A DNA stretch of 64,000 bases from Lytechinus pictus (lineage: Eukaryota): assembly GCF_037042905.1 (NCBI RefSeq), contig NC_087251.1, positions 15,874,001 to 15,938,000 of the forward strand, read 5' to 3'. Below the pieces are notes generated by a model. The model was given only the letters and a program-made list of their open reading frames with translations, was not told the DNA's origin and searched no databases. Shown in pieces: positions 1-21,135 of the stretch (position 1 is its first letter; each line of letters begins with the position of its first letter). A program made the translations under genes and the position numbers.

Positions 1-264
1 CTCGTGTAGATCCCTCGATCCGTTTGTCAACAAAGCAAATACAATAGGTCTGACCCTTGAACCACTTTGTTATGACGTACCTTCGATTAGCGATGTTACA
101 AAATGCAGTTTTGAAGAAAAATCTATAGATAAAAATTATTAATTAACAAATAATAAAATTTAATACGTGATTATGAATAATTATTATAATGTTGCAAGGG
201 GAACTATGCAGACTTGGGGGAACTTGCATACATCAAATTCAGTAGTCCAATGTTTTTAAAAAAT

Positions 265-1075
265 TATTTATTTACCACTTGTGGGATGGAACACTCTATC
301 AGCAAATGCTGATTTCGTAGGGGTCCATACACACAAAAATAAAAAGTACAATAAACAATCAAACATAGTACTGACAAAAGCACAAAATCATGACATAAAT
401 CATAAAAAATACAATATTGGTAAAAGAAACAAGATACAATATGATAATAAAAGCAAAATGTAATTAAAAGCAATAGGGGGACTAAAAGAAAACTGAAAAA
501 ATGTAAACAATAAAGAGAAATAACTTACAGATATAACCTAAACTCAAGCAGGGCCTAAGGGATTGATTGAGGGGGGAATGATGCAGGTGTTGCTAACAAC
601 AATAATCAGGATGAGGGGGGATGAGCATGTTTTAAGATTTGTTAATATAAAGTGATACAAGGGGGAATTTTCTTTTCCAATAGAGTTCCATATTTGGTCA
701 CCTCGGTAGACAAATCATCTTACCATAATTCGTCTTTGGATGCGTTTACCATAATTACTGATGCAGCCAATTGCGATCATTTACATTTAAACTATTTACA
801 GGAAAGAAATATCTTAATTATTCACAAAAATCTTTATACAGAAATATTTGTTATAATTCAGGCAGTATTTACCATACCAAATTAAATATAATCTTCCAGT
901 AGCATTAGTTTTAATGATTTTCTAAATATCTTGTGACTGGGGGTGTTTCTAATATTACTTGGCAGATTCATAAAGTAGGACCAGAAAATGAAATTTTCCC
1001 AAATTGGTGTTATTTTGGGCAAGATTCACATTTCGCCTTTCTGTTTCTTGTATTGTAAGGATGGTTCTATGAATG
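265..1075 (-). mobile_element. Decayed LINE 3' end (ORF2 tail and 3' UTR)
   Basis: Minus strand about 890-1010 reads FSFSGPTL..NLPSNIRNTPSHKIFRKSLKLML, typical of CR1/L2-group ORF2 C-termini; boundaries approximate. Confidence 0.55.
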
Positions 1076-1543
1076 AAAAATAATAAAAGTAGACCCTATG
1101 CGGCAACCGATTATTAATTAAATTGTGCATAAATACTCTTCTATAAAAAATTGGTATTGTTTTGAAAATAAATTTGTTATTTGTTATCGGATTTTGATCA
1201 AATTTTCACCTTTTGCTCTGAATTTTACTCTATTTATTGGGATATAAATATCTCCAGTCTGGACCATCCCTTTAAACTGTTATTGCATATAAGTTACACA
1301 TTTGCTATTACAAGTTTTATGAACGAGGGGCCCCTATTCATGCATGGATGATCACCATCTAAAATATTTCTATAAACGGTGCCCATTTTACTGTCAATTT
1401 TTTTTTTACTTATAAATTGATAAGTAAATTCATAAATTGTCAAATTATGAGATCTTTGAACTAAAGATACTATTTATTTGTTAGTGCAAATACTGTATTT
1501 CTACTTCATTAATGTTTGTTTCTTTAATTTTTTTTTCGTACAG

Positions 1544-7091
<5,548 letters not shown>

Positions 7092-9224
7092 GAACTGTTT
7101 TCAAGGTCTTTCATTATTCACGTGCGTGCCACCTCCTATTTCAACGTTGCCACCTGTCATGGACTTCTCAACTATATCCCCTTCTCATATGGACAGACCT
7201 ACATTGTAAACCTGCCATCTTTTCTACAATGCATGTAGCATGGCTGTATTGTCTTCTCTTCACTTAAGTCAAGTTTATATGCTTTGAAACTGCGCATTCC
7301 ATGCCAAGGATATTTCCCAGCTTTCCCTACCCGCAGCCATCTACCTATTAAACTTGTTACTCTTTCTCACCATGGAAATGTTCCTGGATGCTGTTTAGTG
7401 CTTATTGAGTACTCCACTCTGTCTCTTGGACCACTATCTTAGATGCTTTCCCTTGTGCCTTGTAGCAATCCATATAAAACCCTCAAACAATGCACGCGCA
7501 CCTTGTACAATTCAATTGGCAGCAATATCAATATTTAGGTTTTTTGTAAGTATACTCTCCTGTATATAGAGAGCTCTATGATTGTGTAGAGTGATTTGGT
7601 AATTTCTTTTTAATTATTCATGATATTGACTGTTCTGAAGAGTAAACTTTAACAGGGTTTGTTTTGTGTTTTATTTCTGGTTGTTGCTCTGGCAATTGCA
7701 AGAACCTATTTTTCCCTGCAATTTATGTTTTTTCGCAAGAATGTGTGAGTTGCTTAAGGCAGAATTTTTTGCATTCCATAATTTCATGTTTTATGTTTTC
7801 CATCATTTTTTGCAATCTTTCAATCTTGTTTACTGCATAAACCTTGAATTGGAGAAAAAAAAATGAAATATATATGTTGCAAGCCTTTTGATGGGCCTTT
7901 TGCAGAAAGTTTTTCAAGTATGCAAAGTACAGTGATCATGTGGATTGTTCATGTAGATAAACTTCTGTATCATTTGTAAGAGAAGACGTTCCCTTTGGGC
8001 TAAATCTCTGAACGAAGTGATTTTATATTAAAACGTGCCATAATGACATGAAATGCATGTTATGCAATGGAGCTGATATACAAAAGGAAAAAAAGCATGA
8101 TGAATCCATTTTTGAATGACAGCATTTGGTTTTCATGGGGAAACAGTTGAGCTCAACTAAAAATTTGATTTATCTTTTTGTACTTATTTACTTCTTGATG
8201 TCTCCTGATAGTGCTTTTTTTCAAGACTTCCTAAACAGTCTTTCCTTGATTACATTGCTTATAACATATTACCTACATATGTTTACATATCAACCGATAA
8301 TGTGTTCGTCAACAAACATGCATATAATACAGTAGTTGTATATATATAATAGCTGTATGTGATTTCTTTGAGTCATATAAATTGGGCTCAGCTCATATTT
8401 ATAGATACGGAAGATGTACTGTATTCTACTCATAGATTAACTTAAGACGATTCCTAGCAAACTATTTAACAAAAGTTCATTGATATCATTTATGCATGAA
8501 TATCAATTATGTCTGGATTAATCAGTGTTCACTGTTTCGTTACCAGTTTTCAAATATAACATAATATTGGTATTATCATACAGGTACATGTACAATTAGA
8601 AGCAGCTCAACAATACTAATCATATACTATTGACATGTAAAAAAATGTTGTTCTTGTCTCTTTTGTTAGCTGTGATCCATTCTTGTTATCACTGAGTATG
8701 TGCAGCAAGTGCAGTTAAAGTCCACAATGCTATCAAACATACACCCATCATGACCCATGGAATTCAGTTCAATTTGTTCGCTTGCCAAACATCGTAAAAT
8801 TTACTATATGAGCTTCAGAAATATAGATACTACCATGATGAATTTGGTATCAAATGAAAGAGCATATTAAGCTATTTCACATGATAGGGATTCCGTTGGG
8901 ATTAAAGTATATTTCAGGTGGAATTTTCTTTGAAGAAAAAAAGGAATATTCATGCCGAATGTATTCTGTTATATTTTCAAACATCGTTTCATAGAAATAT
9001 ATAAATGTCAAATCTATGATTTATATTACATTTTCTATCATATGTCACCACTGAACAAAAAAGGTGTAAACTGAAATGTTTGTGTTGAGAAGTAACTAGC
9101 ACAAATTTTTTTGGGGTCAAGTTTCTATTTTTGATTTGTCTAAAATATGAAGATTTTTTGGGGAGAAATGACACCTAGATATTTTTTATTTTTAAATGAC
9201 GAAGCAATGTGATGAAGGGGCATG

Positions 9225-10492
9225 CAGAGCTGCCAAATAGTACGATTTTGTCGTATTCCGTACGATTTTTCACTTAAAATACGACACTAGGATTTTTACA
9301 AATAAAATACGATTTTTTGAAAATATAGCTATGGTAAGGCTCGACATAACAGAAATCCACCTCGGGCAATCATTATTGAAAAATGTTAAGTTTTGGTGGC
9401 CCGAATCGGGCAACCAATAATTTTCAAAGTAGCGCAATTTTTCTCCCGATTTTGCACCATTTATCAACTTTATACAGTTCAAATTGCAACCAATTCGTCA
9501 TGCGCCCTTTTTGTTGATCTACACACAAATACACACACACATGACAGTACATAGGCTTACCGCTCTAGCATACAGTAGCTATTATCCAGCCGGCCGGCTG
9601 GCGTGCGTGAGCTTTGCATGAAACCACTGCAGCTACATGTAGCTATCTGTGCGCTATCAGCCTATTCAGACTCGGGGAGCTACGATACGAAATGTTGCTG
9701 CTAAGATATCTTCCACAGAACTTTGAAAATCTATTTGCAAGCATTAAAAACAGGAATTATGACCTCTCTTTTGACTCAAAAAGACCGATTTCCAAATGTA
9801 TTAATACACATAAAAACACATAGGTGAGTACATCACAGTCCCATATGTGCATTTGTATGTATGTTGATACTTGGTTTCTTTCGAAGCTGTGTCTTTTCTA
9901 GCAAAAAATAAGCAGACAGTTTTTTCCTTTTTGTCTCACCTGCATAGCAGAGTGAGACTATAGGCGCCGCTTTTCCGACGGCGACGGCGGCGGCGACGAC
10001 GGCGGCGGCGGCGTCAACACCAAATCTTAACCTGAGGTTAAGTTTTTGAAATGACAGCATAACTTAGAAAGTATATGGACCTAGTTCATGAAACTTGGCC
10101 ATAAGGTTAATCAAGTATTACTGAACATCCTGCCTGAGTTTCATGTCACATGACTAAGGTCAAAGGTCATTTAGGGTCAATGAACTTAGACCATGTTGGG
10201 GGAATCAACATCAAAATCTTAACCTAAGGTTAAGTTTTTGAAATGTCATCATAACTTAGAAAATATATGGACCTAGTTCATGAAACTTATACATAAGGTT
10301 AATCAAGTATCACTGAACATCCTGCATGAGTTTCACGTCACATGACCAAGGTCAAATTACAGTGAGCACAACAAAATAATGAGATGTATAGTAGGAAAGT
10401 ACACGACGGGTATGAATAGGATTTTTTGTCTAAAAATAGGATTTTTTGGGTGAAATAATAGGATTTTTTGTCAAGTGTGGTTGGCAGCTCTG
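9225..10492. mobile_element. Non-autonomous DNA transposon with 12-bp TIRs and 6-bp TSD
   Basis: CAGAGCTGCCAA...TTGGCAGCTCTG flanked by GGCATG at 9219-9224 and 10493-10498. Confidence 0.88.
9933..10356 (+). mobile_element. Truncated Helentron-associated (DINE/HINE-like) element, family A
   Basis: Near-identical to the 5' part of 50811-51794: subTIR gtctcacctgca, (GGC/GAC)n microsatellite, two core repeats. Confidence 0.85.
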
Positions 10493-11024
10493 GGCATGGT
10501 TTATACTCATTTGTTAATTACCAAATTCGTCATGATACACTGTAGCACAAATATTTTATTAGATGCAGGAAATTTGAAGGTGTTGGCAAGTGTCAACTTT
10601 ACTTTGAATTCCATGGGTGTATGTAAACTTCTGGCCCCAACTGTATATTGAATGTTTGACAAATCCATCAAAGTTGTGAATTTTAAGTTTTGATATTGTG
10701 TTAGAAATGAGAGCAGCACCAATATAAATTCCATTAAAAGTATTGCCTTGTTCTCAGTTGAAATTTGTTATTCAGCGGTCCGTATGAAACCGGTAGTCAC
10801 ACATTTTTGTGTATGCTTGAATTGTTCAATCATGATCCAGTAAATGGAAATTTTTAGTGGAATTTACATGACATATATGGGAAAACTGCTCACATTTGAC
10901 TTAAAATCAAAACTTTGATGTAAAAAAGCTAATTAAAAAGGAGTACATGTGTATCTGCCTCGGTCAAATCTTATGGAACCTCAAAAATATATTCAAATTA
11001 GGCAAAATTCGACTTGAAATTTAC

Positions 11025-11610
11025 TTAAAGGTCAAGTCCACCCCAGCAAAATGTTGATTTGAATAAATAGAGAAAAATCAAACTAGCATAACACTGAAAA
11101 TTTCATCAAAATCGGATGTAAAATAAGAAAGTTATGGCATTTTAAAGTTTCGCTTATTTTTCACAAAATAGTGATATGCACAACTCAGTGACATGCAAAT
11201 GAGTCATTCGATGATGTCCATCACTCACTATTTCTTTTATTTTTTATTGTTTGAATTATACAATATTTCATTTTTTTAAGATTTGACCATAGGGACCGAC
11301 TCAACTGAACCATATATTAAACAATGCTAATTCTACATATTCGGGGAGGAATTAATCACTGTTTCACTTGACAATGAGAAAATAAGAATATTTCATACAA
11401 TAAAATACAAAAGAAATAGTGAGTGGATGACGTCATCCGTCTCATTTGCATACCAACCAGGATGTGCGTATAAATGTTCTGTGAATTAATCGAAATTTTA
11501 AAATGTCATAACTTATTTTACATCCGATTTTGATGAAATTTTCAGTGTTATGCTTGTAGGATTCTTCTCTTTTCAAATCAATTTTTTGTTGGGGTGGACT
11601 TGTCCTTGAA
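11025..11610. mobile_element. TTAA-target MITE (Kolobok/piggyBac-type ends)
   Basis: TTAA-AGGTCAAGTCCACCCC...GGGGTGGACTTGTCCT-TGAA with long imperfect TIRs; second copy at 59541. Confidence 0.88.
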
Positions 11611-13399
11611 AAGTAAATCAAATATTTTTCACATTCTGTTCTTAAAAATATGCTTTTCAACTTATAAACGTCAACTTCAGTAGATTCCCCATGATTTTTG
11701 GCAATGTTTCATAGTAAGAGGCCAACTTCAGTATTTCTAGTAAGCTGCAAACTGCATTGAAATGTATACATGACATATATATCAATAGCATGTATATATT
11801 AGTCTAGGTGAGGGGTGAAAAAATGTTCAGATTGTGCTGCACACATCAAAATGACATTCTAAAAGTTATCAGGGGTCTTGCCAAAAATGAATTCAAATTA
11901 TTCGAATTCACTTTATTCACATCCATTAAAAAGGTACAACACATCCAATAATTACATAAACAATGATAAAATCAATCAATACATTAAAAATTAATGACAA
12001 AGAAAAGGGTAAAACCAAGGAGGTTTCAAATGAGATGGAGTAACAGCAAATAAAATCTCTTTGAACAAGGTTAAGAGCCGCCAGCAGAAAGTATGTCAGG
12101 CATGCACTTTGCTCAACATCTCTCGCAATTGTGTAGACAAATGATTCCCGCATGACTCGCAGCTATAGGTCATACATAAAGGGAAATATGCTTTTGTGAT
12201 GATAATTACTTTTTCGCCGCATCAGATATCTCGGCGTAATAGTGCTTGGTTATTGATGTCTTCTAATCCGATCAAATTTCAGTTAGTTTATTAATATGAA
12301 AGATGGAAAATTTATACAAATGGATATTCGTAAAGTTTCACTCCTCTGATTTTTTCACTGAAACTGGCGGCTTCGAAGGCGGACATCAAAAAGGTCCTGA
12401 CTGCCGTTCTTTCTTTTGTGCTTCTTTAGAAATGAACAGCTGCTTGAATTAATTTGTTACCTGTAACTGTTGGAACTCCAGTCATAAAATCTTGGTAAAA
12501 CCAATATGCAGTGGATGTAGGGGATTGGCAAAGACCTATCGAGGCCAATCCCCCTTAATTCTGCGCAATGGTTAAAAACAAAATTATACAAAATAAAACA
12601 AATGAAGTCCATAGCATAGCAATGGTTGCTAGGAAACAAGATATCAACCAATACATAGGATGGCTATGGACCGACATTCAATAGTTATCCGTTTGAGCAT
12701 TTGTAACTTCAAATTTCCTATGAACACTATTTTGAAACGGTGTTGCCATGGTAACGGCATATTACAACAATTAATGTGTAAATATCTTGCGGATGGAACT
12801 ACTTCTTCATTTTACAACATATGCTTACAAAATTTGGCCGACACAAAGGTCTTGAGCTAAAGATGTGCCAGACACATTTTTCGCATTTCTCAGAAATTGT
12901 GTTGCCATGATTACCACAAAATTCAGTATAAAAAAAAAGCCAGGAAAACCCGTTGCAGATCAAACTACTTCCCTAGTTTTTACCCAGTGCTCATGGAAGT
13001 TGGCACACTTATTCATCTTAGTGTTTAAGACGTGCAAGATTCATTATCCAAATGTTTTGGAAAATACATTACCATGGTAACGCCATAGGGCGGGGGTATT
13101 ACTTACCTTCAGTTATGTTTCTAGTGTCCTTCGCAACCGGCACCTTTGGGGAGGGGAATAGTTTGTAAGTAAAGGCGTACCCCATAGTTCAGTGAAATTT
13201 ACAATGAGATACTCATACTAATGACACTGGCGTACAGATGGGGGGGGGGGGGGGTGGAGCCCCCCAAAATTAACAAATAACAAAAACAAGGAGACGGGTG
13301 GAACGCCTCTGGCAGTCTTGTCTGTATTACGTCATTCAATATAACGGTAGTGCTGACTGAAAACATGAATAATTCACAAATAGCACCATTCATATGATA

Positions 13400-13750
13400 A
13401 TGAAAGACTAACTTCATCGACCCCAAAAGACCTTTGACCTTGATCATGTGACCTGAAATCCGTGCAAAATGATCGGTCATACTTGATTTCCCTTATAACT
13501 TTGAAAGTTATGATGGCATTTCAAAAACTTAACCTATAGGTTAACATGTCAATGTTGATTCCCCAAACCTGGTCAAAGTTTATTGACCCTAAATGACATT
13601 TGACCTTGCTCTCAGGCAGGATCTTCAGTGATACGTTTTTCTACTATGTACGTCCAAATTTCATGAAATAGGTCCATATACTTAAGTCATGACATTTCAA
13701 GAACTTAACCTTGGTTAAGATTTCAAAACGCTGCCGTCGCCACCGCCGTT
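13400..13750 (-). mobile_element. Decayed copy related to HINE family A
   Basis: Reverse complement of the aaggtcaaaggtc / aacctgaggttaag core and the GGC microsatellite. Confidence 0.7.
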
Positions 13751-16700
13751 TTCGTCAGCGAAGAAAACGAGAGAAAAGTAAGGGAGAAGGATGAAACATG
13801 ATATCATCTGAAAATATTCTGTCAAAACCTATTACAAAATTAGATTTTTGTATGAGAAAGGTAACAGAATTTTGCTCGCGCGCTTCGTTCGCTCGCAGCT
13901 TTCTTAAAATGTTGCCTCATACACTATGTCTGCCTCTCAAAATGTTTGACTTATTGCGCTAGTCATTGATCAAATTAATTCCGTTGCTAAAATAAAAGAA
14001 CAGTATTTCCCGTATCTGTACGATTTATCCATTAATAACTTTTATTAGCGAAACAGTGTACTAAGTATTTCAAATATGAATTCAGTTTTGTTTACAATTT
14101 TTAATGTTCAATTTTTGAATATATTTTTCAAAAACTGTTAAAAATATTTCCATTCAGCAAATATATCTTATTTCATTTGCATTAATGTACTATTTTCCAT
14201 GGTTTGTGAAGTTTATATTGTGGTCTGGGATGGCATATTAATTTTTCTTAAGGCACCCAATTCCTAATAATTATAATGACAACTTTTCCATTCTTATTTC
14301 AACTGTAACCAATGAGTAAATTATTTTTTTTCATTGAACACATTTCAAATATTTAATCTCCATTTTCTCCTCTTTAAAAAACAACAACATGGTTTTAGAC
14401 ACCATTCAGTCTTCCGGCAACTGAAAATTTGCTCGCTCGCTTCGTTCGCTCGCATATTAATATGCGTGGTCAGCCCAACTGTAATTTAGTAGTTTATGTC
14501 ACACTTAAAACCGTTAAAACAGGCTTCCTAAAAGAAATCACTACATATAGGCCTTCACTGTCACCACCAAATGTGATAGATGATGAAATAATGTACATAT
14601 TGATTATTTACCCCCATATACAGTACCTAGAAAAATTATGTGGATGCCCCCGAAATTTGGAATTTCCAGTTTAACAATATCCCCCATTTCCCCCACTGCT
14701 CGGACCATATTTCACTACTGGTTTTTATGTTGCTATAGTGTACATGACAAGGGAATACTATCATGGAACTAATTATTTGGTAGCCATCTGGAAGCGATAT
14801 TCTTTGGGCCATTATTTATTTATTATTATTTTTTTTTTGGGGGTGGGTTCATCTTGGTTGTGTCTTTGGGATATCTAGGACACTATAAAGTTGGTTTGGT
14901 TTACAGGGTGGTAGCTGCCCTCAAAATGTCTGTTGTTAGGGTAATTTTGTTACTTAGCAACCGTTGCTGAAGAAAGTGTCGTTAATTTTTTGCACCACCC
15001 TTGAAAATCACCAGTATGAATTGAAGAATGATTGTGCCAAATTTCATGCTTTTAGCATTTTCTGAGCAAAAGTCGTTATTTTCCATCCCTCGCCGAGTCT
15101 ACATGAGAGTATTCTAAAGAGAGAAGAGATATAGTGAACATGAGAACAAAAAAGAAAGTGATTGGGAGTGGCTTAGGTCTTTATAAAGACAATGCTTTGA
15201 ATGATCTTCAAGATTCCAAAACAAATTGTACATGAATATATAAAATATAAAAATGTATAAAGCATGTTAATATCAAATTTTATACAGACATCTATTCGTG
15301 TATAAAGTGTCTTTGGATCATATTCACTTGGTCTACACGCATTTGGTCTAGTCAGATAGAAAACATACATGAGCTACATGGGATATTGGTTTTACACTGC
15401 ACTTGGTCTAATACCCTCTTGGTCCAATTACTAAATGAAAATTTGGTTCGTAAACAGTTAATTTAATTCATCCATATTGAATTATTCTGTATGATCAAGT
15501 GGATAATAGACGAATTGGTTGTAGCTTTAATGAAATTGGGGGGGGGGGGGGGCTTAGATCTTGACAAGAAGGGCAATGCATTGAATATTCGATGTTCTGT
15601 ATATGTTCTATAATCATGTCTGATGAAGTATTTTAACATACAATGTCAATGGTTTATACCCACTTGGTCTACTCATAAAGTCTAATACCACATTAACTAC
15701 TCAGGTATACACTGGTCTAATGTCAGATTACTAAATGAGAATTTGGTTCATAGACAGTAAAATGTACATGTAATTCAACCATAATTTTATACAGAGCTAT
15801 AGGGTAGGCAAACTTGGCTACATAATTTATTTATTACCTCGTCTAATAGATTTATAGTACCGCGTGGCACGTATGAAATTATGACTTTTAACTAAAAATT
15901 ATGACTTTTGAGTTGCTGGATTAATAATAATTACTTTATAGGTTGGCAGCTCTGCATATAGACTAAATGCTGCAGGATCAAGTTGATTATACGAAACGGG
16001 TGAAGCGACTGTAGACGAATTGAAAATTAGACGAAATGGTAAATGATCTAAACGGAAATAAGACCAAATGGCTAGCAGAAGAATTCGGATTAGACCATGT
16101 GGGATGAGTATACTTAAGTAGAGGAAGAGGAATTAGACCAAACGACAAAATGCTGACATGATAGTTTGCGAGTTCGAAAATGGAGAGGAGAGTGGAATTT
16201 GTCCTGTTAGTGCAAAGGAAAAAATAATCGTATATTTAAAGTGACAAACAACTACAAATACAACTATCAAAGAAGGAAAAAGCAGGGGCTTTTATTTTGG
16301 AAGAGAAGGTTACAACGTTATAATGCGCAATAATCACAAAAAATGTATTTATTGCATTTGAAATGTGAGACAGGAAAAGGACAATAAATATGGGACGAAA
16401 GTGAAAGATTTACTGAGAAAATTGGACACTCATTCATAATATGTGAAAAGGAATTAAAGGGAAAAATTGAATAAACCGTTTACTTTAATTGAAAATTGTA
16501 CTTATTGAAAGTTAATTTAGTACGATAATCGGGAACCACTTTCATATCAAGGTATAAATTCTAGTCCACAAGAAGTACGGAAAACGGGTTGTTTTTCACG
16601 ACCGGTTGTGATACGCACGTACAGTGAAAAGGGTAAATAATTACTAGAATCAAAATGCCCTTTTTCAAAATGAAAAATGTCCTTTTTCCAAAGTGAAATG

Positions 16701-17939
16701 TGCTCTTTTTCGAAATTAAACACCGGCCCTTTTTTAAGTACAACATAATACATTTTATTTAAGGAAATCACTTTTTTGCGCTTGCCTCAGTTATTGTGTA
16801 GTAAGGGGAGTAAGGTACCCTGCATGTTTCTGGTTAGAAAAATGCTATCCAGTTTTCAGGTTGGAATATCATTAATTTTCAGCTCGTGCTTCGTGCTCAC
16901 ATTATTCGATTGGTTAAATATGTATCCTATTCATGAGTCACTAAATGTCGTTAGTGTATTACAAATTGCAGCTCGCGCTTCGCGCTCCGATCGCGTTAAT
17001 TCTTTTAGATACACATCTTTTTCATGATTACAAGAATTGCTTGGAATGTTTAATTTTCATTTCTTATTGAAATGTCCAAAAGTTTGAGCTTGCGATTAGC
17101 ACTGGCAACATCTCGCGAGGATGCCCTTTTCACAGTAGGGTCTAATAAGCCCCATAAATGACCAAAATTGAATTTTTAACGTCAGATTAGAAAAAAATCC
17201 AAACCGTGTAAAAAGGCCTAGATTAATATATCTTATAATAATACTCAGAAATCAATTTAAGAAACGCCACAAATGATTAACGAACAATATTTTTCATTTT
17301 CTGATTAACAAACATCGAGGTATAGGCAATTTACGTGTTTCGGAATACGAACCTTCGGAATTACGAAGTGTAACTGCAATGTCTACCCCCCCCCATTTTC
17401 TGTTTACCTATTAGGCCACCCCCACCGATTCGATACAAAAAAGAGAACACCAATCTAAAAGGGCACAACGATGAAGAGGACACTTTGATTGTTCGTAAAA
17501 TGCTTGGATGTTATGGACCCCCCCCCCCCACGTAAAACATGAATACGGCTACATCTGTTATGACGTTGTAAATGTTGGTACTACTTTTTTATGAAGAGGA
17601 AGAATACTATCCGACGAGGTACTTCGGTCACGACTCCAATCGCGAAATAAAAAAAAGATATGGGTTCATAATGGTAGAATTAAGTCGACCAGCATTATTA
17701 CGTTAGGTCCCTGGTTGCACTGCACGCGTTTACACTCGGAGTTGTTATCCAAGCCATATCAAATTTCGCGCTTAGATGGGGATACAGACTTCTACCAGGT
17801 TGACCCTGGCGGCCCTGGGAACATTTTACTGGGGTGCTGATGTAAATTTGGCAAGCAAAAAAAAAATCACTAACAAAATTGAGGTCATTTTGGTTAAAAT
17901 TGTCCATTTATTCACACCTACCAGACTCGATAATGAGTA

Positions 17940-19445
17940 CATGAAATTAAACTCTTGGTTGATTGTTCATAAGCTTATTTTGAACATGAAAAAATACATT
18001 AAATGATTGTTACAAACAAGTTAATTATTATGACAGAATAAATGTTTTTCTAGGTAACACCCCTATTACTAGATCATTGAAATTCTTAGGTGTAATAATC
18101 GATAGTAAATTATCATGGAATAATCATATCAATATTCGTACTGAAATATCTAGAAACATCGGTATATTATACAAACTCAATTATTCCTTCGACAATATTA
18201 TTAAAGGAGAATGAAACCCTTGAAACCAGCTAAATCCATATCAAAGAGAAAAATCAAAGAAACATATTGCTAAAAGTTTGAGGAAGATTGAATGAATAAT
18301 AAGAAAGTTATGAGCATTTGAATATTGAGATCACTAATGCCATGTAGATCCTCCTATTGGCAATGCGACCAAGATCTGTGATGTCACACACGTACAACTC
18401 CCTCATTACTTTAGTACTTATTTCACCTATATTCTCACTTTTATAGTCTATCACAATGTGAGGTGTTCTCTTTATGAGAGGACAAGTACAGAGGTTTCAC
18501 AACATTATATCATTGATGAATCGTTTGACATAATTATGATAAGAATGAGCAAAAAGAGATGTTTTGGGGTATATTTTCAGTGTCCAAAAGGGGAGAGTTG
18601 TTCATCTGTGACATCATAGATCTTGGTCGCATTGCCAATGGGAGGATCTCCATAGCACTAGTGATCTCGACATTCAAATGCTCATAACTCTTCTATTGCT
18701 AGTCCTATTTTACTCAAACTTTTGTTGATCTTATTCTTTGATTTTTCTGCTTTCACAATAGCTTACTTGCTCCAAGAGTTTCATTCTCCTGTAATGATTT
18801 ATAACGCCTTAATCTTACCTCCAATACTGCAATTTTACATGGGGTGCTTCTAATAAGTATTCCATGTATAGATTAATACGATTACAAAAAAGGCTATTAG
18901 AATTTTTTTTCATTCCGATTACCTTGCTCAAACTAAACCATTATATTTTCTCACTTAAAAATCTTGAACATATTTGATCTATACTACTTCAACTTGGCTA
19001 TTTTCATGGACCTGTGTTATAAAAATATAATATTCCACCAAGTCTTCCTGATAAGTTTTCTCTTACTGACGATTTCTATTCATTATAGTACAGGCAGTTC
19101 CTCTCATTTTCACTTACCATTGAAGAGAACTATAATGTTGCTAAAAATCTTTTTTTTCCCAAAAGTCCAATTCATTTGGAATAACCTTCCTTTATATTTA
19201 AAACATAGCCCTTCCCTTTCCGTTTTCGAAAGGAGACTAAAAACATATTTAATTCTACACAGGCTTTTCGTTACTTTGATTAGATTTTTTAGGTGTTATA
19301 ATTGTAAGGATGTTTGTATAATTTGTATTTTGTTCTTTTGATGGCAGCACCAATAAAGCTTCTCTGCCTTCTAGGCTGTCAATATGTTTGTAAATGTTAT
19401 TTTTAATCTATGAACGAAATAAATGCATATGAATGAAAAAATGAA
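17940..19445 (+). mobile_element. Decayed LINE (L2/CR1 group) ORF2 3' part, interrupted by a MITE
   Basis: Frameshifted motifs KFLGVIIDSKLSWNNHI...SRNIGILYKL before 18200; LQK(K)AIR and IWNNLPLYLKHSPSLSVFERRLK after 18795; AATAAA plus tgaa-rich tail near 19420. Confidence 0.75.
18201..18794. mobile_element. TTAA-target MITE with ~190-bp TIRs
   Basis: TTAA-AGGAGAATGAAAC...GTTTCATTCTCCT-GTAA; internal inverted block attggcaatgcgaccaagatct / agatcttggtcgcattgccaat. Confidence 0.9.
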
Positions 19446-21135
19446 CTTCCAGGGCCGCTGCCTACAATACACGCAGCACCCCCAGGAAAATCCTTCAGCA
19501 CCCCGCTTCCCAGGGTCAATGGCTGACCTGGGAAAATTATGAATTTAAGAATAGCAGACAGTAGCGTCTTTGGTCTCTCCGGTCTATATTAATAATCTTT
19601 TCAAAATCGATGGGCTCTCCACCAATCCAGGGGAGGGGGCATGGGGGCAACTTCCATTTGCTAGTGGATACCATTCGTGTCTATGGGGTTTCAAATAGCA
19701 CACTAAACACGTATTTCAATGATCTGAAAACAAATCTTTATAGATACGCTTTACAAGTATACGATAAGAAACCTCCTGTGCATGATTTGCAAGGAGGTTC
19801 AGCCGGGGTAGATCGGATCCGAAACAGGAAATGTAATTGGCGCAAAATTATTCCTTTTAGAAAATAGTCATATATATAACCCCTCAAAGAATGAGTTTGG
19901 CCATTTATTTCTCCCAACTCCCAATTTTACGCAATGCACATTTGATATCATTCAAAAGATCATTTAATTCTTTTTAAAATTATACCATGTTTGTTATTAT
20001 CATGCCATCACGAAAAGAGCAGGATTCAAAAGTGTTGGATGAGGTTTGAATTTAAAAGCTGCAAAAGGCGAGCAGAAATAGTCATGAGGGTCAATACAGA
20101 ACATAATTCTTTTGTCTGTGTCAATGGAGATGAAAATCTATTCAAATCAAGCCCCTGCTTCATTTTTAATGTTTTGTTGTGGTTTATGTAGTGATGGTTC
20201 TGTGAGATAACATGGTTTGAGTCGTGGTTTGAAATACTCACGCATGTTTGTTTGTTATGTGTTTGCTTGTGCAGAGGTGTGTTTGATTCCATGTTAACTT
20301 ATGTTAAGGTGCATGAAAACAATTAAAAGAAACCGCTGAGAAACTCACTCATCACCACGGAACAAAGAACAGTGACTTTCAATATTGTGTCATTTGGCAC
20401 CTTTTAATTTTGACCTTGCCCCACATTTCAAGGTACGGCACCTCCATGTGAACCATAATTATATCATGTTGGGTATCATTTTAAAGAGAATTAAATGATC
20501 TATTCACTAAATTAATTACACATTGATATTGACTAAAAATGAGGATGGATATATCGATCGATATATATATAAATAAATATATATAATATATATATAAATA
20601 TATATATATATTTATACCTTTATTACGTTAAGTACGTAACGTGTCACATCTTGAAATAGATACCCTTTTATCCACTTGTCAATGGAAGTCCCTCCTTATC
20701 CCATTTTCCATGTTGTTGATATGTCGGGCAAGTCTCAGACAAGCTCTCAGGTTGTCAAGAACAAGCTTTGTCTAAAAGTATGAAAATTTAATAGGTTATA
20801 GGAGACATCAAGCTTCAGATCTATAAGAGGGTGATTCCGTTGGCGGTAGCAATTTTCATATCGGGACGTCTGTAAGCGCAATACAAAATGTGACCTCAGT
20901 AATGCGAGGTTCCTCTTTTCTTTTCTCATATTTCTCTTTGCCACTTCTTGAAAAATCAAAGGACAAGCTTATATACCCATTATGCCATATTCCTTGAAGC
21001 TTTTTTTTTTATAAAGAAAAATATATTCCAAGTATCATTACAAATGGTTTTGTTTATACATGAAACATGCATATTCAATCAATTTTGGGCCCAAATTTCA
21101 ATATGTTATATTCAGGCAAGGTCGTCCGATCAATA

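Noticed and set aside
1..1543. ATG exon of calmodulin gene 1
   Set aside because: No convincing ATG|GTRAG or CpG-rich promoter found; probably upstream of the window.
13860..17000. Recurrent gctcgcttcgctcgc palindromes and poly-G/poly-C runs (also 36400-40230)
   Set aside because: Same motifs occur inside the bounded MITE at 34872-35727; treated as fragments of common MITEs whose ends could not be fixed.
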